Part shown: positions 22,501-33,613 of the stretch, piece after piece | Numbering within the stretch: position 1 is the stretch's first letter | Layout: every line of letters starts with the position of its first letter | The notes under the pieces: model-generated | The model's database searches: none | The model's input: only the letters and a program-made list of their open reading frames with translations | Told to the model about the DNA's origin: nothing | From: Albugo candida | Lineage: Eukaryota | Length of the DNA stretch: 64,000 bases | Direction of reading: 5' to 3' | Assembly (NCBI GenBank): GCA_040437565.1 | Contig: JBDOQK010000078.1 | Span: 1-64,000, forward strand | Translations under genes and position numbers: made by a program

Positions 22501-25500
22501 ACCGTGAAGTGATGCGGTCAGCATGCTCAAGCGATTGGCAGAAAGAAATGGCTGTCGAGATCGAGTCGCTCGAGAAAATGGCACCTCTGAGGTTGTGCCA
22601 AAGCTTGCAGGACAAAAGGTGTTACACTAAAAATGGGTATATAAAACCAAGATTCATGCTACGGCTCGCTTTAGCAATACAAGGCGAGCTGGCCACCTGT
22701 GGCAACGAACAATCTCATGGAGCTGATTACAACATGACATTCAGTGCAGTAATAAGCATGACGACGGCGAAGATAGTTCTGGCACTTTCAAGGTTGTAGC
22801 TAGTTCCCGCGCGATACGGTGACGTTCCAAATGCATACGTGAAGGCCGAGAAGGAAGTAGGTCTGAAAATCTTTTTGCATCCTTTGCAAGTTTGGTTTTG
22901 GAAGTGGACAAGTTAAAGTCCTGATCGACGTGACAAAGACAAGGTAGCATTGCGACTGAGGAAGAGCCTATACGGCTGTAACGCCGGCAGGAGGAAGGGG
23001 GAGGAAGTAAAGGAAGATATTTGCTGGCGAAGCTCTATTTGCTAAAAAATGGAAAGTGAGATTTTTTAATTNNNNNNNNNNNNNNNNNNNNNNNNNNNNN
23101 NNNNNNNNNNNNNNNNNNNNNNNNNNNNNNNNNNNNNNNNNNNNNNNNNNNNNNNNNNNNNNNNNNNNNNNACGAACAATCTCATGGAGCTGATTACAAC
23201 ATGACATTCAGTGCAGTAATAAGCATGACGACGGCGAAGATAGTTCTGGCACTTTCAAGGTTGTAGCTAGTTCCCGCGCGATACGGTGACGTTCCAAATG
23301 CATACGTGAAGGCCGAGAAGGAAGTAGGTCTGAAAATCTTTTTGCATCCTTTGCAAGTTTGGTTTTGGAAGTGGACAAGTTAAAGTCCTGATCGACGTGA
23401 CAAAGACAAGGTAGCATTGCGACTGAGGAAGAGCCTATACGGCTGTAACGCCGGCAGGAGGAAGGGGGAGGAAGTAAAGGAAGATATTTGCTGGCGAAGC
23501 TCTATTTGCTAAAAAATGGAAAGTGAGATTTTTTAATTGAAGAATCCTGGTTCACCTATCTGATTGGCTAATCCAGTTCTCCAACTAAATATGAACTATG
23601 CATGCATGTACAATGGAGTTTGTTACATCCTCCCGGAATTGACTTCTCGTTGTCGCTTCTTGAAATCGGCGATGAGAACATTCCANNNNNNNNNNNNNNN
23701 NNNNNNNNNNNNNNNNNNNNNNNNNNNNNNNNNNNNNNNNNNNNNNNNNNNNNNNNNNNNNNNNNNNNNNNNNNNNNNNNNNNNNACCAAGCTGCGGCAT
23801 TCCCTTTGAAATTGGCGGTCGTGATTGCCAAAATACGAGCGCTTTGACTGAAATCGCGCCAGTCGATATTCTTTGCTTCGAAGTACTGAGCCAGTTGCTC
23901 AAAGTACAGATCCACGGACTCGCCCATTTTACCCTGGAATTGAGGTAAGCTGATCCCTTCAACTTTTATTTCAAGCTTGGTCATAGCTTCAAGCAATTGC
24001 TCTTGTTTTTCGACTAATTCGATCAATGTTTTCGGGATGGCGTCGGGGGACCATCCTTGAGGGTTCAATGACGTCATGATAATCAAAAAAAAATTAAAAA
24101 AATGTCCAACCAAACAGACCGGAACAAACGACAAACACTCGGCGAGCGGCTTTCCCAATGTCTTGACGCTAAACAGTGCGTAAGAAAAACTCCTTCCGTA
24201 CGACCAACGATCTTTGACTTGTACGACCAACAAGTGCTACCAGTTGTAACGCCGGCAGGAGGAAGGGGAAGGAAGCAAAGGAAGATATTTGCTGGCGAAG
24301 CTCTATTTGCTAAAAAATGGAAAGTGAGATTTTTTAATTAAAGAATCCTGGTTCACCTATCTGGTTGGCTAATCCAGTTCCCCAACTAAAGATGAACTAT
24401 GCATGCATGTACAATGGAGGTTGTTACAACGGCCTAAAGCAAGATTGAAGAGTCTGGGCTGAGCTCCTTCACAATACGCTCGTGAAATTAGGCTTCGCGC
24501 AGTGTTACACCGACAGCTGTCTCTGCTGCAAAATGGGTGATTCCGAGACCACGATAGTGGTTGTTTGTGGATGGTCGCTTGGTGACGGGCACGAACAAGA
24601 ACATGGTCGATCAGTTCTTTAAGTACATGCACCTTCTAGAAGTGAAGTACCCTATAGTGGGGACAAAGTTTCTAGGCATGGTGGTGACGTACGACACCGA
24701 GGTTGGGTACACACTTAATCAAGAACAATGCATTCGAGAGCTACTCGTTACTACAGGACTTGAGCTGTCAAATTCAGCACGAACACCGGTCGGAGATGAT
24801 CAAGACAGTAAAGGCGAAAGCTATCTTCTACCTGAAGGAAGCGGTAGAACGCAAGATCATCCGACCATATCTACATTCCAATACCTGATCGGGTGACTGC
24901 CGCAGATTGCTTGCTTTTTGAAACTGGCATCTCGTTTGCCGTGCATCGGGGCCAGCCGACGAGCGCATGCGGCACGAAAATGCGATTGGCGACGGCTAAG
25001 CGGATCCTTCAGTATCTGACCCGGATGAACGATGACGATGTTTACATTAGGAATAAACGAGTGTCATTACAAGGCTCCAGCGATGATGGTTATGCAGGGG
25101 GTCGCAAGGATCGTAAGTCTGTGAGTGGTGGCGTGCTATGTATCAACAGAATGATAGTAGGGTGGATCTGTAAGAAGCAAGCAAGCGTGGATCTATCTAC
25201 AATGGAAGCAGAGTTTGTTGCGGCTTACGAGTGAGCTAATCGGAATTTGTGAGCCACTCGATGAGGTTGGCAATAAAGTGGAAGCTCCAATTATCCTTCA
25301 CGTTGACAGCCAGGTGGCGGTTAGGCAGATCACCGGCGAGGACAGCTCGNNNNNNNNNNNNNNNNNNNNNNNNNNNNNNNNNNNNNNNNNNNNNNNNNNN
25401 NNNNNNNNNNNNNNNNNNNNNNNNNNNNNNNNNNNNNNNNNNNNNNNNNTGGTTCACCTATCTGGTTGGCTAATCCAGTTCCCCAACTAAAGATGAACTA

Positions 25501-26823
25501 TGCATGCATGTACAATGGAGGTTGTTACAACGGCCTAAAGCAAGATTGAAGAGTCTGGGCTGAGCTCCTTCACAATACGCTCGTGAAATTAGGCTTCGCG
25601 CAGTGTTACACCGACAGCTGTCTCTGCTGCAAAATGGGTGATTCCGAGACCACGATAGTGGTTGTTTGTGGATGGTCGCTTGGTGACGGGCACGAACAAG
25701 AACATGGTCGATCAGTTCTTTAAGTACATGCACCTTCTAGAAGTGAAGTACCCTATAGTGGGGACAAAGTTTCTAGGCATGGTGGTGACGTACGACACCG
25801 AGGTTGGGTACACACTTAATCAAGAACAATGCATTCGAGAGCTACTCGTTACTACAGGACTTGAGCTGTCAAATTCAGCACGAACACCGGTCGGAGATGA
25901 TCAAGACAGTAAAGGCGAAAGCTATCTTCTACCTGAAGGAAGCGGTAGAACGCAAGATCATCCGACCATATCTACATTCCAATACCTGATCGGGTGACTG
26001 CCGCAGATTGCTTGCTTTTTGAAACTGGCATCTCGTTTGCCGTGCATCGGGGCCAGCCGACGAGCGCATGCGGCACGAAAATGCGATTGGCGACGGCTAA
26101 GCGGATCCTTCAGTATCTGACCCGGATGAACGATGACGATGTTTACATTAGGAATAAACGAGTGTCATTACAAGGCTCCAGCGATGATGGTTATGCAGGG
26201 GGTCGCAAGGATCGTAAGTCTGTGAGTGGTGGCGTGCTATGTATCAACAGAATGATAGTAGGGTGGATCTGTAAGAAGCAAGCAAGCGTGGATCTATCTA
26301 CAATGGAAGCAGAGTTTGTTGCGGCTTACGAGTGAGCTAATCGGAATTTGTGAGCCACTCGATGAGGTTGGCAATAAAGTGGAAGCTCCAATTATCCTTC
26401 ACGTTGACAGCCAGGTGGCGGTTAGGCAGATCACCGGCGAGGACAGCTCGGGAAGAGCGAAGCACATCGCGGTGAGGCACAAGGTCGTAAAGGATTACAG
26501 AAAGAAGGTGTGTTCAAGGGGGGGGTATTGCGATTCTTAAACGATGGGGGCTGACGTGATCACCAAGACATTCGCTGATCCGCGGTTAAGCGAAATACGC
26601 GAGCTAGTGTGTCTGGTGTGAAGACATCCCGGGAAGGAGTGCTGAAACGACGCGAATCTTGGGACACTGTCACTGCTGGAGTACAACGACTGCTAGAGTG
26701 CAATGACTGTTGAATGCGTGTAAGAATCGTAGGTAAAGTACGAGTATGAGCGGACAGAACAACGTCTTTTTAATATAAAAATTAGTTCTTCATCTACCTT
26801 GTTGGGTGCATTAAGAGCTAAAA
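19580..26823 (+). mobile_element. Ty1/Copia LTR retrotransposon, full-length but degenerate
   Basis: LTRs 19580-19767 and 26640-26823 align end to end but are well diverged. TSD ACAAC (19575-19579 and 26824-26828); PBS-like GGTTATTAGGC at 19768; PPT GGGAAGGAG at 26631-26639. Domains: zinc-knuckle relic CYQC..DC, protease WILDSWASRH, LHRRLGYL, integrase, RT LRKSLYG/LKQ, RNase H DRKSVSG..KKQASVDLSTMEAEFVA..RAKHI. Confidence 0.93.
23444..24428 (-). mobile_element. Younger Ty3/Gypsy element nested in the Copia RT; interior mostly in the gap
   Basis: 184-bp TG..CA LTRs at 23444-23627 and 24245-24428 (about 7 differences); TSD ACGGC on both sides; PBS TGGTAGCACTTG (24242-24231). gag starts MTSLNPQGW at 24077 (LPQFQGKMGESVDLYF). 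The pol end and purine tract sit beside 23627; the gap at 23686-23785 hides the rest. Confidence 0.93.
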
Positions 26824-26899
26824 ACAACACGATGCATCAATCTCTGAACCTAATCTAGCGTGGGATAGTGTGTTCGACACTATCAGTCCTCTATGAGAG

Positions 26900-28206
26900 C
26901 ACTACCGTATCTCATAGCGTGTCGCATTCGATGTCCACAGCACCACCAAATTCGGGAGAGTAGAACGTATGACTTTATTATACTTTATCGCCAAGTACAT
27001 TCGCAGCTTCCATTGACTAAAATAGAGAAAGCCTCTCGTATTTGGTTTAATAGAGTGCAAATAAGAAAACTGACGACTTGTACTCTTGAGTTTATGAAAA
27101 GCCATCCCAGCTCCAAAGTATTCTCAGAACGCTGAACAGTTGGTTCATTTCTCTTCGATGTGAGACTTAAGGCGCTTTTTAGGCATTTGCGAACGAAGTC
27201 TCTTGGCGTAGTTTCTCAAATTGTTTTTAAGTTGTTTTGAAGACCCCATTTAACAGATAATATCATTCTCGTCACCTTCGTTTTATTTTGGTAAAGTCCA
27301 TGCAGTTGGATGTTTTTGCGATCAACTTTGTAATTATGAGATGCTTTCAGCCGCTCGTTGGAACATTTATATCGACAACGTATACTGGTGATACTTTCTC
27401 GATTATCGTCATGACCAGACGAGCACGAATATGATTTTGAGAAAAATTATCGATCTTCAATCTCTTTCTTCTTATCGTGTTATATTGCGATCAGTTCTGC
27501 AAAAACGTCTGCATCACCTTCATTACAGCTGCAATTATGAAGCATTGTGACTTGAGCTTCGTTTCAATCATCTGTCTGTCTGTTTTTATATCGAAGTTTG
27601 TCATTGTTGTTTAAACACAGCCACCGGATACCGAGGGTCAGTTCGAACTCGGTCTCAAATGATTTGTATGGTTGATGCGATGATTCTCGTCAATTGAACA
27701 TTGTGATCGTAAAGATTTATCTTTCAATCTTTTCTCACCTTCATCGCTAGTAAAAGGCAAATTGGGTTTGTTGATCATCGGCTTCGAATATTTTGCTTTG
27801 CATGGAATTGGCGAATCCCAAAAGCGCAAGACAAATGTGGATACCATGAGTTTTCCGCGACGGCGATGAGACATGGAGGTAATCGCACACTTCATCCCCC
27901 AGTAATAGAAACAAGTACAATAACGGATAACGGATTCTAGTTCCCTAATCACACATAGCAGATCATACCAAAAGTCTCAGTTATTGATAACATAAAGACG
28001 TTTGAGCTCAAATGATTTCTTTTTTGCTGTCAGAGACAAAAATGAACGCAAGGGATTCCGAACAGTCGCTTTTGAATTCGACGCGTAATCCGTTCATTTC
28101 TCCAAATCAGGTCGCTATAGTATACATAAGCATCACACGTAGTTGTGCCATTGAACCACAATGGCAATGATATCTCACAAAGCAATTGAATGAAGATTTA
28201 TATCAT
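26900..28206 (-). pseudogene. Possible CCG-type effector pseudogene
   Basis: ATG 28206 starts MI*IFIQLLCEISLPLWFNGTTTCDAYVYY (signal-like). CSESLAFIFV at 28064-28035 is two substitutions from CSECLAFIFG. Further Cys (RYCTC..KC) in ORF 27638-27952. The 3' end is approximate. Confidence 0.35.
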
Positions 28207-29070
28207 CTCAGAAAAGAAACCAAACTTGGGTATTGCGAGTGAGTACAAAACTGCGTAAATCGGTAGTAAGGAGAGCAATAATATCAACGACAAGTAGAGG
28301 AGGTTCCTGTTGGATAGATTAGGAGCTGCTAAAATATACAGCAATTCGTCCAAGATCAGCAACAATATACAGAAGGGTAATGCAATGCTTCCTACTTGGC
28401 ATGTTGAGGAAAACTGTTCTGCTACAGATTAGAAAATAAAGGTGATGAAAGTGACTTGAAGAGGTTTTTTTGCAACTCAATATCGATATCAAGCTGTCAT
28501 ATCCATATTCGGCCATGGTGAAGCCGGCGACATATGCGGAGTAAAAAAAATGTGGTACTCATGTGCGGGGAGTGGGGCTGTCTTCTCTCAACTGATTCAA
28601 ACATGTAAAAACATATTTTTGAACTGACAAATGATCCTTAGGCTAGCGTGGCAACATTCGATCTGTCTTCATATGTGAATGTATCCTTCATTTTTCTTAG
28701 TATTGGGGGGTTGAACTTACGCCAATTATATTCGTTGACGGTTTATGTCTGATGATTCTTCAATTTTGGCAGCAAAAATTATGATTACATGTTATAGATG
28801 ACTTGCGCTATGGCACGGTTTTTTAATTCTCCCCACATTTCGATCTATCTAGAAATCTCACTTCATCAGCCTGAAGACAATTCATCATCACTGATGTGTG
28901 TTATCTCAAGAATCGTACATCTACTAAAAGTATAGGATATATGAAGTGAGAGGGAAAGTAACGGTATTGTACTGAGCAGCATTTCTCTTATATATGGCAG
29001 CACTGAAGTCTTGCAGCCCTCTCCTCATAATGGCTGTTAGGTACAGGATCTACTGATTGCAGCGACGGTA

Positions 29071-30306
29071 TGTTGAAGACCTCCACTGGTGGAAGGTCAC
29101 CATCTCCTGAACAGTCGTAGGTAGTGAAAGGTCGCAGAGAGACATAAGATAGTTGCTAAGGGAGTTCCCAATATACCTTCAAACTATAAGTCTTTGTCTA
29201 CGACCTTTGGTGCGTTCCTCAATAGGATTATGAGCCCAAGCAACCATAGACTACGTGGTGCTACGCGACCAACGCGACCGACGCGACACAAAAGACAGAA
29301 CTTATCTTCATTGTCAGACTCCGACAGCGACGGAGAAGAACGCAACGAATTCAAGATCGGGCATGCGGGGACTCCCATACGGTGTTGGAGATGACTGGAC
29401 ATTCTACAAACGTACCATGATGAATGCGTTCGAGGAAAGCTTATTGGTCCAGATCGCTATTGGCGAGGAGCGTGAAGACAAAATCTGGAACGACGACGAA
29501 AAAGGGGAAGTCAAAAAAAGTAAGGCCAGAATTAAGATCCTGATTCAAAGATCACTGTCAATGAAGCTTGCAAAACAAGTGATGATGAAGAGTACAGGCA
29601 CGGAGATGTGGGCTGAACTCGTATCAATCTACAAGGGTAAGAAAAATCCTTCTATGACTGCGCAGAAGTTGTATCGCTTACAGGCGAGCTACACAAGACT
29701 CACCTGAGTGGGGGGAAAAACGTACGGAGCCATCTTTACGAACTCTTCGATATCAAAAATCAACTTATCAAAAATCAACTTGCATGACTTGCAGATGGTA
29801 GATCGTATGTTACGAGGTCTTCCGGCGCAAGCGTGCTATGATGAATTAAGATGTAAAGTATTATTTAGAACGAAATGATGATTACCGTAGAATCAAGAAA
29901 CGAAGACTGGGGAAATCATGCTTCCGGAAACACGCAACGAAAAAAAGGGGCAGTATACGCATGGCGAAACTCGGCACAGCAACTCACATGACCATGTCGA
30001 CAGAAAACCAGAACGGGGAATCTGAACTGGTAGTTGCTTTCATTGCGGTGGAGATCATTACAAGCGTGATTGTCCAAATTGAGATACAGAACGTCAAAAC
30101 AAATTCACGTGATGGTCGTAAAAATGAACGGAAGCGCGAAGTTGTGATGGGAGAAGTTGCAAAGCTCGTAAATAAAGGATATGTGCCTTGTCAATGGTAC
30201 TTTGCCTCGGGATCGAATGTACATATCACAGCGTGCAAAAAAATAATTCACGACACTACAAAGTATGGGTGATAGCGAGTGGAATAAAAGAATTTCAGGA
30301 TTTGCT
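29071..30306 (+). mobile_element. Truncated Ty1/Copia element (5' LTR, gag, protease)
   Basis: TG-starting LTR-like segment 29071-29224; PBS-like GGATTATGAGCCC at 29225; gag (WTFYKRTMMNAFEE..EMWAELVSIY); zinc knuckle CFHCGGDHYKRDC (~30035); protease relic WYFASGSNVH (~30195). Ends just before the MULE. Confidence 0.85.
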
Positions 30307-30337
30307 TCTTTTTTTTTTTAAACCATATTTTTTAAAA

Positions 30338-32356
30338 GGATATTGTTATATTCACTCCCTTTTCACTCCGACTTGTCTTCGACATCAAGATTAAAGGGTT
30401 TGCTTTCGCCGAACGACAACGGTATGTAAAGAGATGCTGCCATTCACGCAATAACAGAACATTAACATGCAGCAAATGCCACAATCTTCTGCTTAGATGA
30501 CGCGATGAACAGTACAGGCATGCTTCCTCCTCAAGAGGCCGAATATGGTAGCCGTGAAGAATTGCTTTCCACAGTACAAAAATGGGCTCTTGGCCAGGGA
30601 TACGCAGTAACTATCAAACGTTCAGTTACCGGAAAAAAGGCATACTTGAAATGTGACCGTGGTGGCGCACACCTGTCTCAAGTATCAGAACGGAAGCGAC
30701 AGACAACGTCTCGGCGCATTGAATGCCCCTTTATCCTCTCTGCGAATTATTCCAAAAACAAGGGAAATGAAAGTTAAGGACGATACATAGCGAGCACAGT
30801 CAAGGATGTTCTCTTCATCCCTCCGGGCATTCAACCCATAGAAAGCTCACCGAAGAACAGGCAGAAGAACTGAAGAAAATGACGAATGCAGGTGTCAAAC
30901 CGGCTGCAATTCTGTCAACGCTAAGGATGACGGAATATAACACCTTCGCAAACCTGTGCACTTTGTACAACGCTCGAGTCAAAGTTCGAAGCAACCAACT
31001 CGCGGGGAGAACTCCCCTAGAAACGCGTTTCGATGATCCTCGAAAGAGTGACTATTTCCACCATATTGAAGCAACTGAACGCGGAAACATCACTGGCCTA
31101 TTTTTTGCGCATCCGGACAGCGTGAAACTGGCGAATCGATACAATCACGTTGTTGTGATGGACTGCACGTATAAGACGAACGGTTACCGAGTCCCCCTTC
31201 TTCACATCATTGGAATGACAGCGTTCAATACGACGTTTACCGTAGGTTTCTGCTTTCTGGCCGGGGAGTTAGTGGGAGAGTATGCGTGGGCAATATCGAA
31301 ATTAACAACACGGTGGAAAAATGGATCTGCGCCAAACGTAATTGTCACAGACCGGGAACTGGCCCTTATGGCAGCCAGCGCACAAGTTTTCCCATCGTCC
31401 GCTAATCTGCTCTGTATTTGGCATCTCAATAAAAATATCGTTGCAAATTGAAAAAAGCAGTGTACAACCCAAAAACAATTCGACGAGTTTCTGCAAATGC
31501 GGAACGTCCTGGTGTCTTCTAGGACGGTGAAAGAATATGGTGAGCAGCTTGTGAAGCTCTCACAAAATTCCTCACTCAGAAGTCAGAGGTACTCGAGTAC
31601 GTGAAGACGACTTGGCTCGTCTACAAGGAGCGATTCGTAACACTTGGACTTTACGGCATTCACATTTTGGAAAAAGGCGTCCTCGCGGGCAGAGGAAGCC
31701 CATGCATAAATAAAGAACTTCATACAAGTCTCGACCGGAGACTTAGTATCGGTGTTCAACAAACTGGCAATTGTGCATAATCACCAGATCAAAAGCAGAG
31801 GAAAGTTGGAGAAGCGAGTAGAAGATGCATCATGTACTGGACTTTCCAGAAACATTCGCATCAGTATCCGGAAAAATTTCTTAGTTTGCATTGAAAAAAT
31901 GTCTTGTAAAACATGGGAGAATCGAGCAAGAATTTCGTCCGTGCACCGGATAGTATTCATCGGCAACGGGGATTCCTTGCGCACATGAGATCGCAGCCAT
32001 GGTTAAGAATCTACAGACATTAACCGTTTTCAACTTCCACGCGCAATGTCACCTGATATGGATTTGAAGAGATGTAAGAGCCTTGAATNNNNNNNNNNNN
32101 NNNNNNNNNNNNNNNNNNNNNNNNNNNNNNNNNNNNNNNNNNNNNNNNNNNNNNNNNNNNNNNNNNNNNNNNNNNNNNNNNNNNNNNNCACGTGACTTGA
32201 AAAGGAGTGAATATAACAAGTCCCTATATATGAATAAAAAGTATACATAGTATATACACATAGTATAATTATGTGTACCACCTTACTTAAAAAGGGAGTA
32301 AATTTAACCAAAAAGGGAGTGAATTTAACCAAAAGGGAGTGAGTATAACGATTCCC
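30338..32356 (+). mobile_element. Mutator-like (MULE) DNA transposon, defective
   Basis: FAR1/WRKY-like N-terminal domain (30505-30777; GYAVTIKRS..LKCDRGG..ECPF) and transposase core (30879-31451; MDCTYKTN..IVTDRELAL..LCIWH). Left end GGATATTGTTATATTCACTCCCTTTT versus right-end reverse complement GGGAATCGTTATACTCACTCCCTTTT. 9-bp flanks TTTTTAAAA / TTTTTGAAA. Confidence 0.9.
32290..32345. repeat. Subterminal ~20-bp tandem repeat (x3) of the MULE right end
   Basis: AAAAGGGAGT(A/G)AATTTAACC repeated directly. Confidence 0.85.
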
Positions 32357-32827
32357 TTTTTGAAAGAGTCGTCTATAATCCCCATATCCTCAATTTGAAA
32401 AATCATAATCTTCAGATATCACGCCAGTGAAATGCGTCTCTCGTTCTTTGTCGCGCATAACGAGAGGATCTATGTTGGACCGAGCACATGATAAGCATCT
32501 TTTCATTTTACCTGCCTCGTAAGTCACAGTGAATAGTACAGAGCGCAGATTTAGAAAATACAACACATTTGCTGTCATGACATCTTCTAGTAGTTTACTA
32601 TATAGATGCGCCCCAACGCAATCAAACTCAGATCCTTTCTGCATTACATCACAAACACCTTGGCAACTCTGCATTTGACTTACACTAGCGGTAGTGCGCA
32701 ACGCCCACATCGGTATTGAATTTGTTCCTAATCAAGTACCTTTCATCACTCGAGCCAAATTTCAAACAGAGAAGGCAGTTTTAAATCTATAGTTTGGGTA
32801 GATATGGCTGCAGGAGTAAGCAAGATG

Positions 32828-33613
32828 CTAAATTCTCTTATTCGCTCTCGTTGGTGGAAGGCAAGGTCTCTTGGACGTAGGATGACTTTCATGAGGAAAG
32901 CTCCTTTCCTTTTTTGCGCTTATATCGACACCAAATAGATTCGAACCAACATTTTTATCATTGTTTTCATCTCTGCACTCTACGCTTTGAAGCAGAACTT
33001 TGTTCGACATAGCTCGAAGCTCATTACTCGGACTTTGTTNNNNNNNNNNNNNNNNNNNNNNNNNNNNNNNNNNNNNNNNNNNNNNNNNNNNNNNNNNNNN
33101 NNNNNNNNNNNNNNNNNNNNNNNNNNNNNNNNNNNNNNNTTTTGCGCTTATATCGACACCAAATAGATTCGAACCAACATTTTTATCATTGTTTTCATCT
33201 CTGCACTCTACGCTTTGAAGCAGAACTTTGTTCGACATAGCTCGAAGCTCATTACTCGGACTTTGTTTGTTCCCTTGCAAATCTCCAAGCTGCTTGGGTT
33301 TGCCCGCCGTCTGTGAGCTCAGTTCGATACCGAGACATCGTTCCGCACTGCACTTCTTTTCAACAGCAGAGAATGGAATACTATTAGCAATGTCTGCATA
33401 CATCTGCAAGTCAATCAACACGGTTTTCTTTATCGAAAGCTTTCTTATATCGGCATACGTAAAGTTAGCGTACGGAACAAACATTTGAATGCACCTGTGA
33501 CATTTGAAAAGCGCTGTGTAACCACTTGGGGCCCTCAAATGGATTTCGTACGCGTATATTCGCACTCCAGTACAAAATAGAGCAAGTAACTGTAAATTCA
33601 TGTTGATCTTCAT
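32828..33613 (-). CDS. CHxC/CCG-class secreted effector candidate (~185 aa after removing the 228-nt gap artefact)
   Basis: Signal-like MKINMNLQLLALFCTGVRIYA; CHRC at aa 38-41 (33502-33491); second Cys pair CSAERCLG at aa 88-95. The conserved Gly position of CxxCxxxxxG is Pro. ORF 32390-32710 (contains CLSC) may be a detached 3' part. Confidence 0.7.
   Translation of the reverse strand: MKINMNLQLLALFCTGVRIYAYEIHLRAPSGYTALFKCHRCIQMFVPYANFTYADIRKLSIKKTVLIDLQMYADIANSIPFSAVEKKCSAERCLGIELSSQTAGKPKQLGDLQGNKQSPSNELRAMSNKVLLQSVECRDENNDKNVGSNLFGVDISAKXXXXXXXXXXXXXXXXXXXXXXXXXXXXXXXXXXQSPSNELRAMSNKVLLQSVECRDENNDKNVGSNLFGVDISAKKERSFPHESHPTSKRPCLPPTRANKRI

Noticed and set aside
22705-26449. Duplicated Copia RT/RNase H blocks and extra partial LTR copies (22977-23071, 25450-25529)
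   Set aside because: Gap-flank overlaps, not independent insertions.
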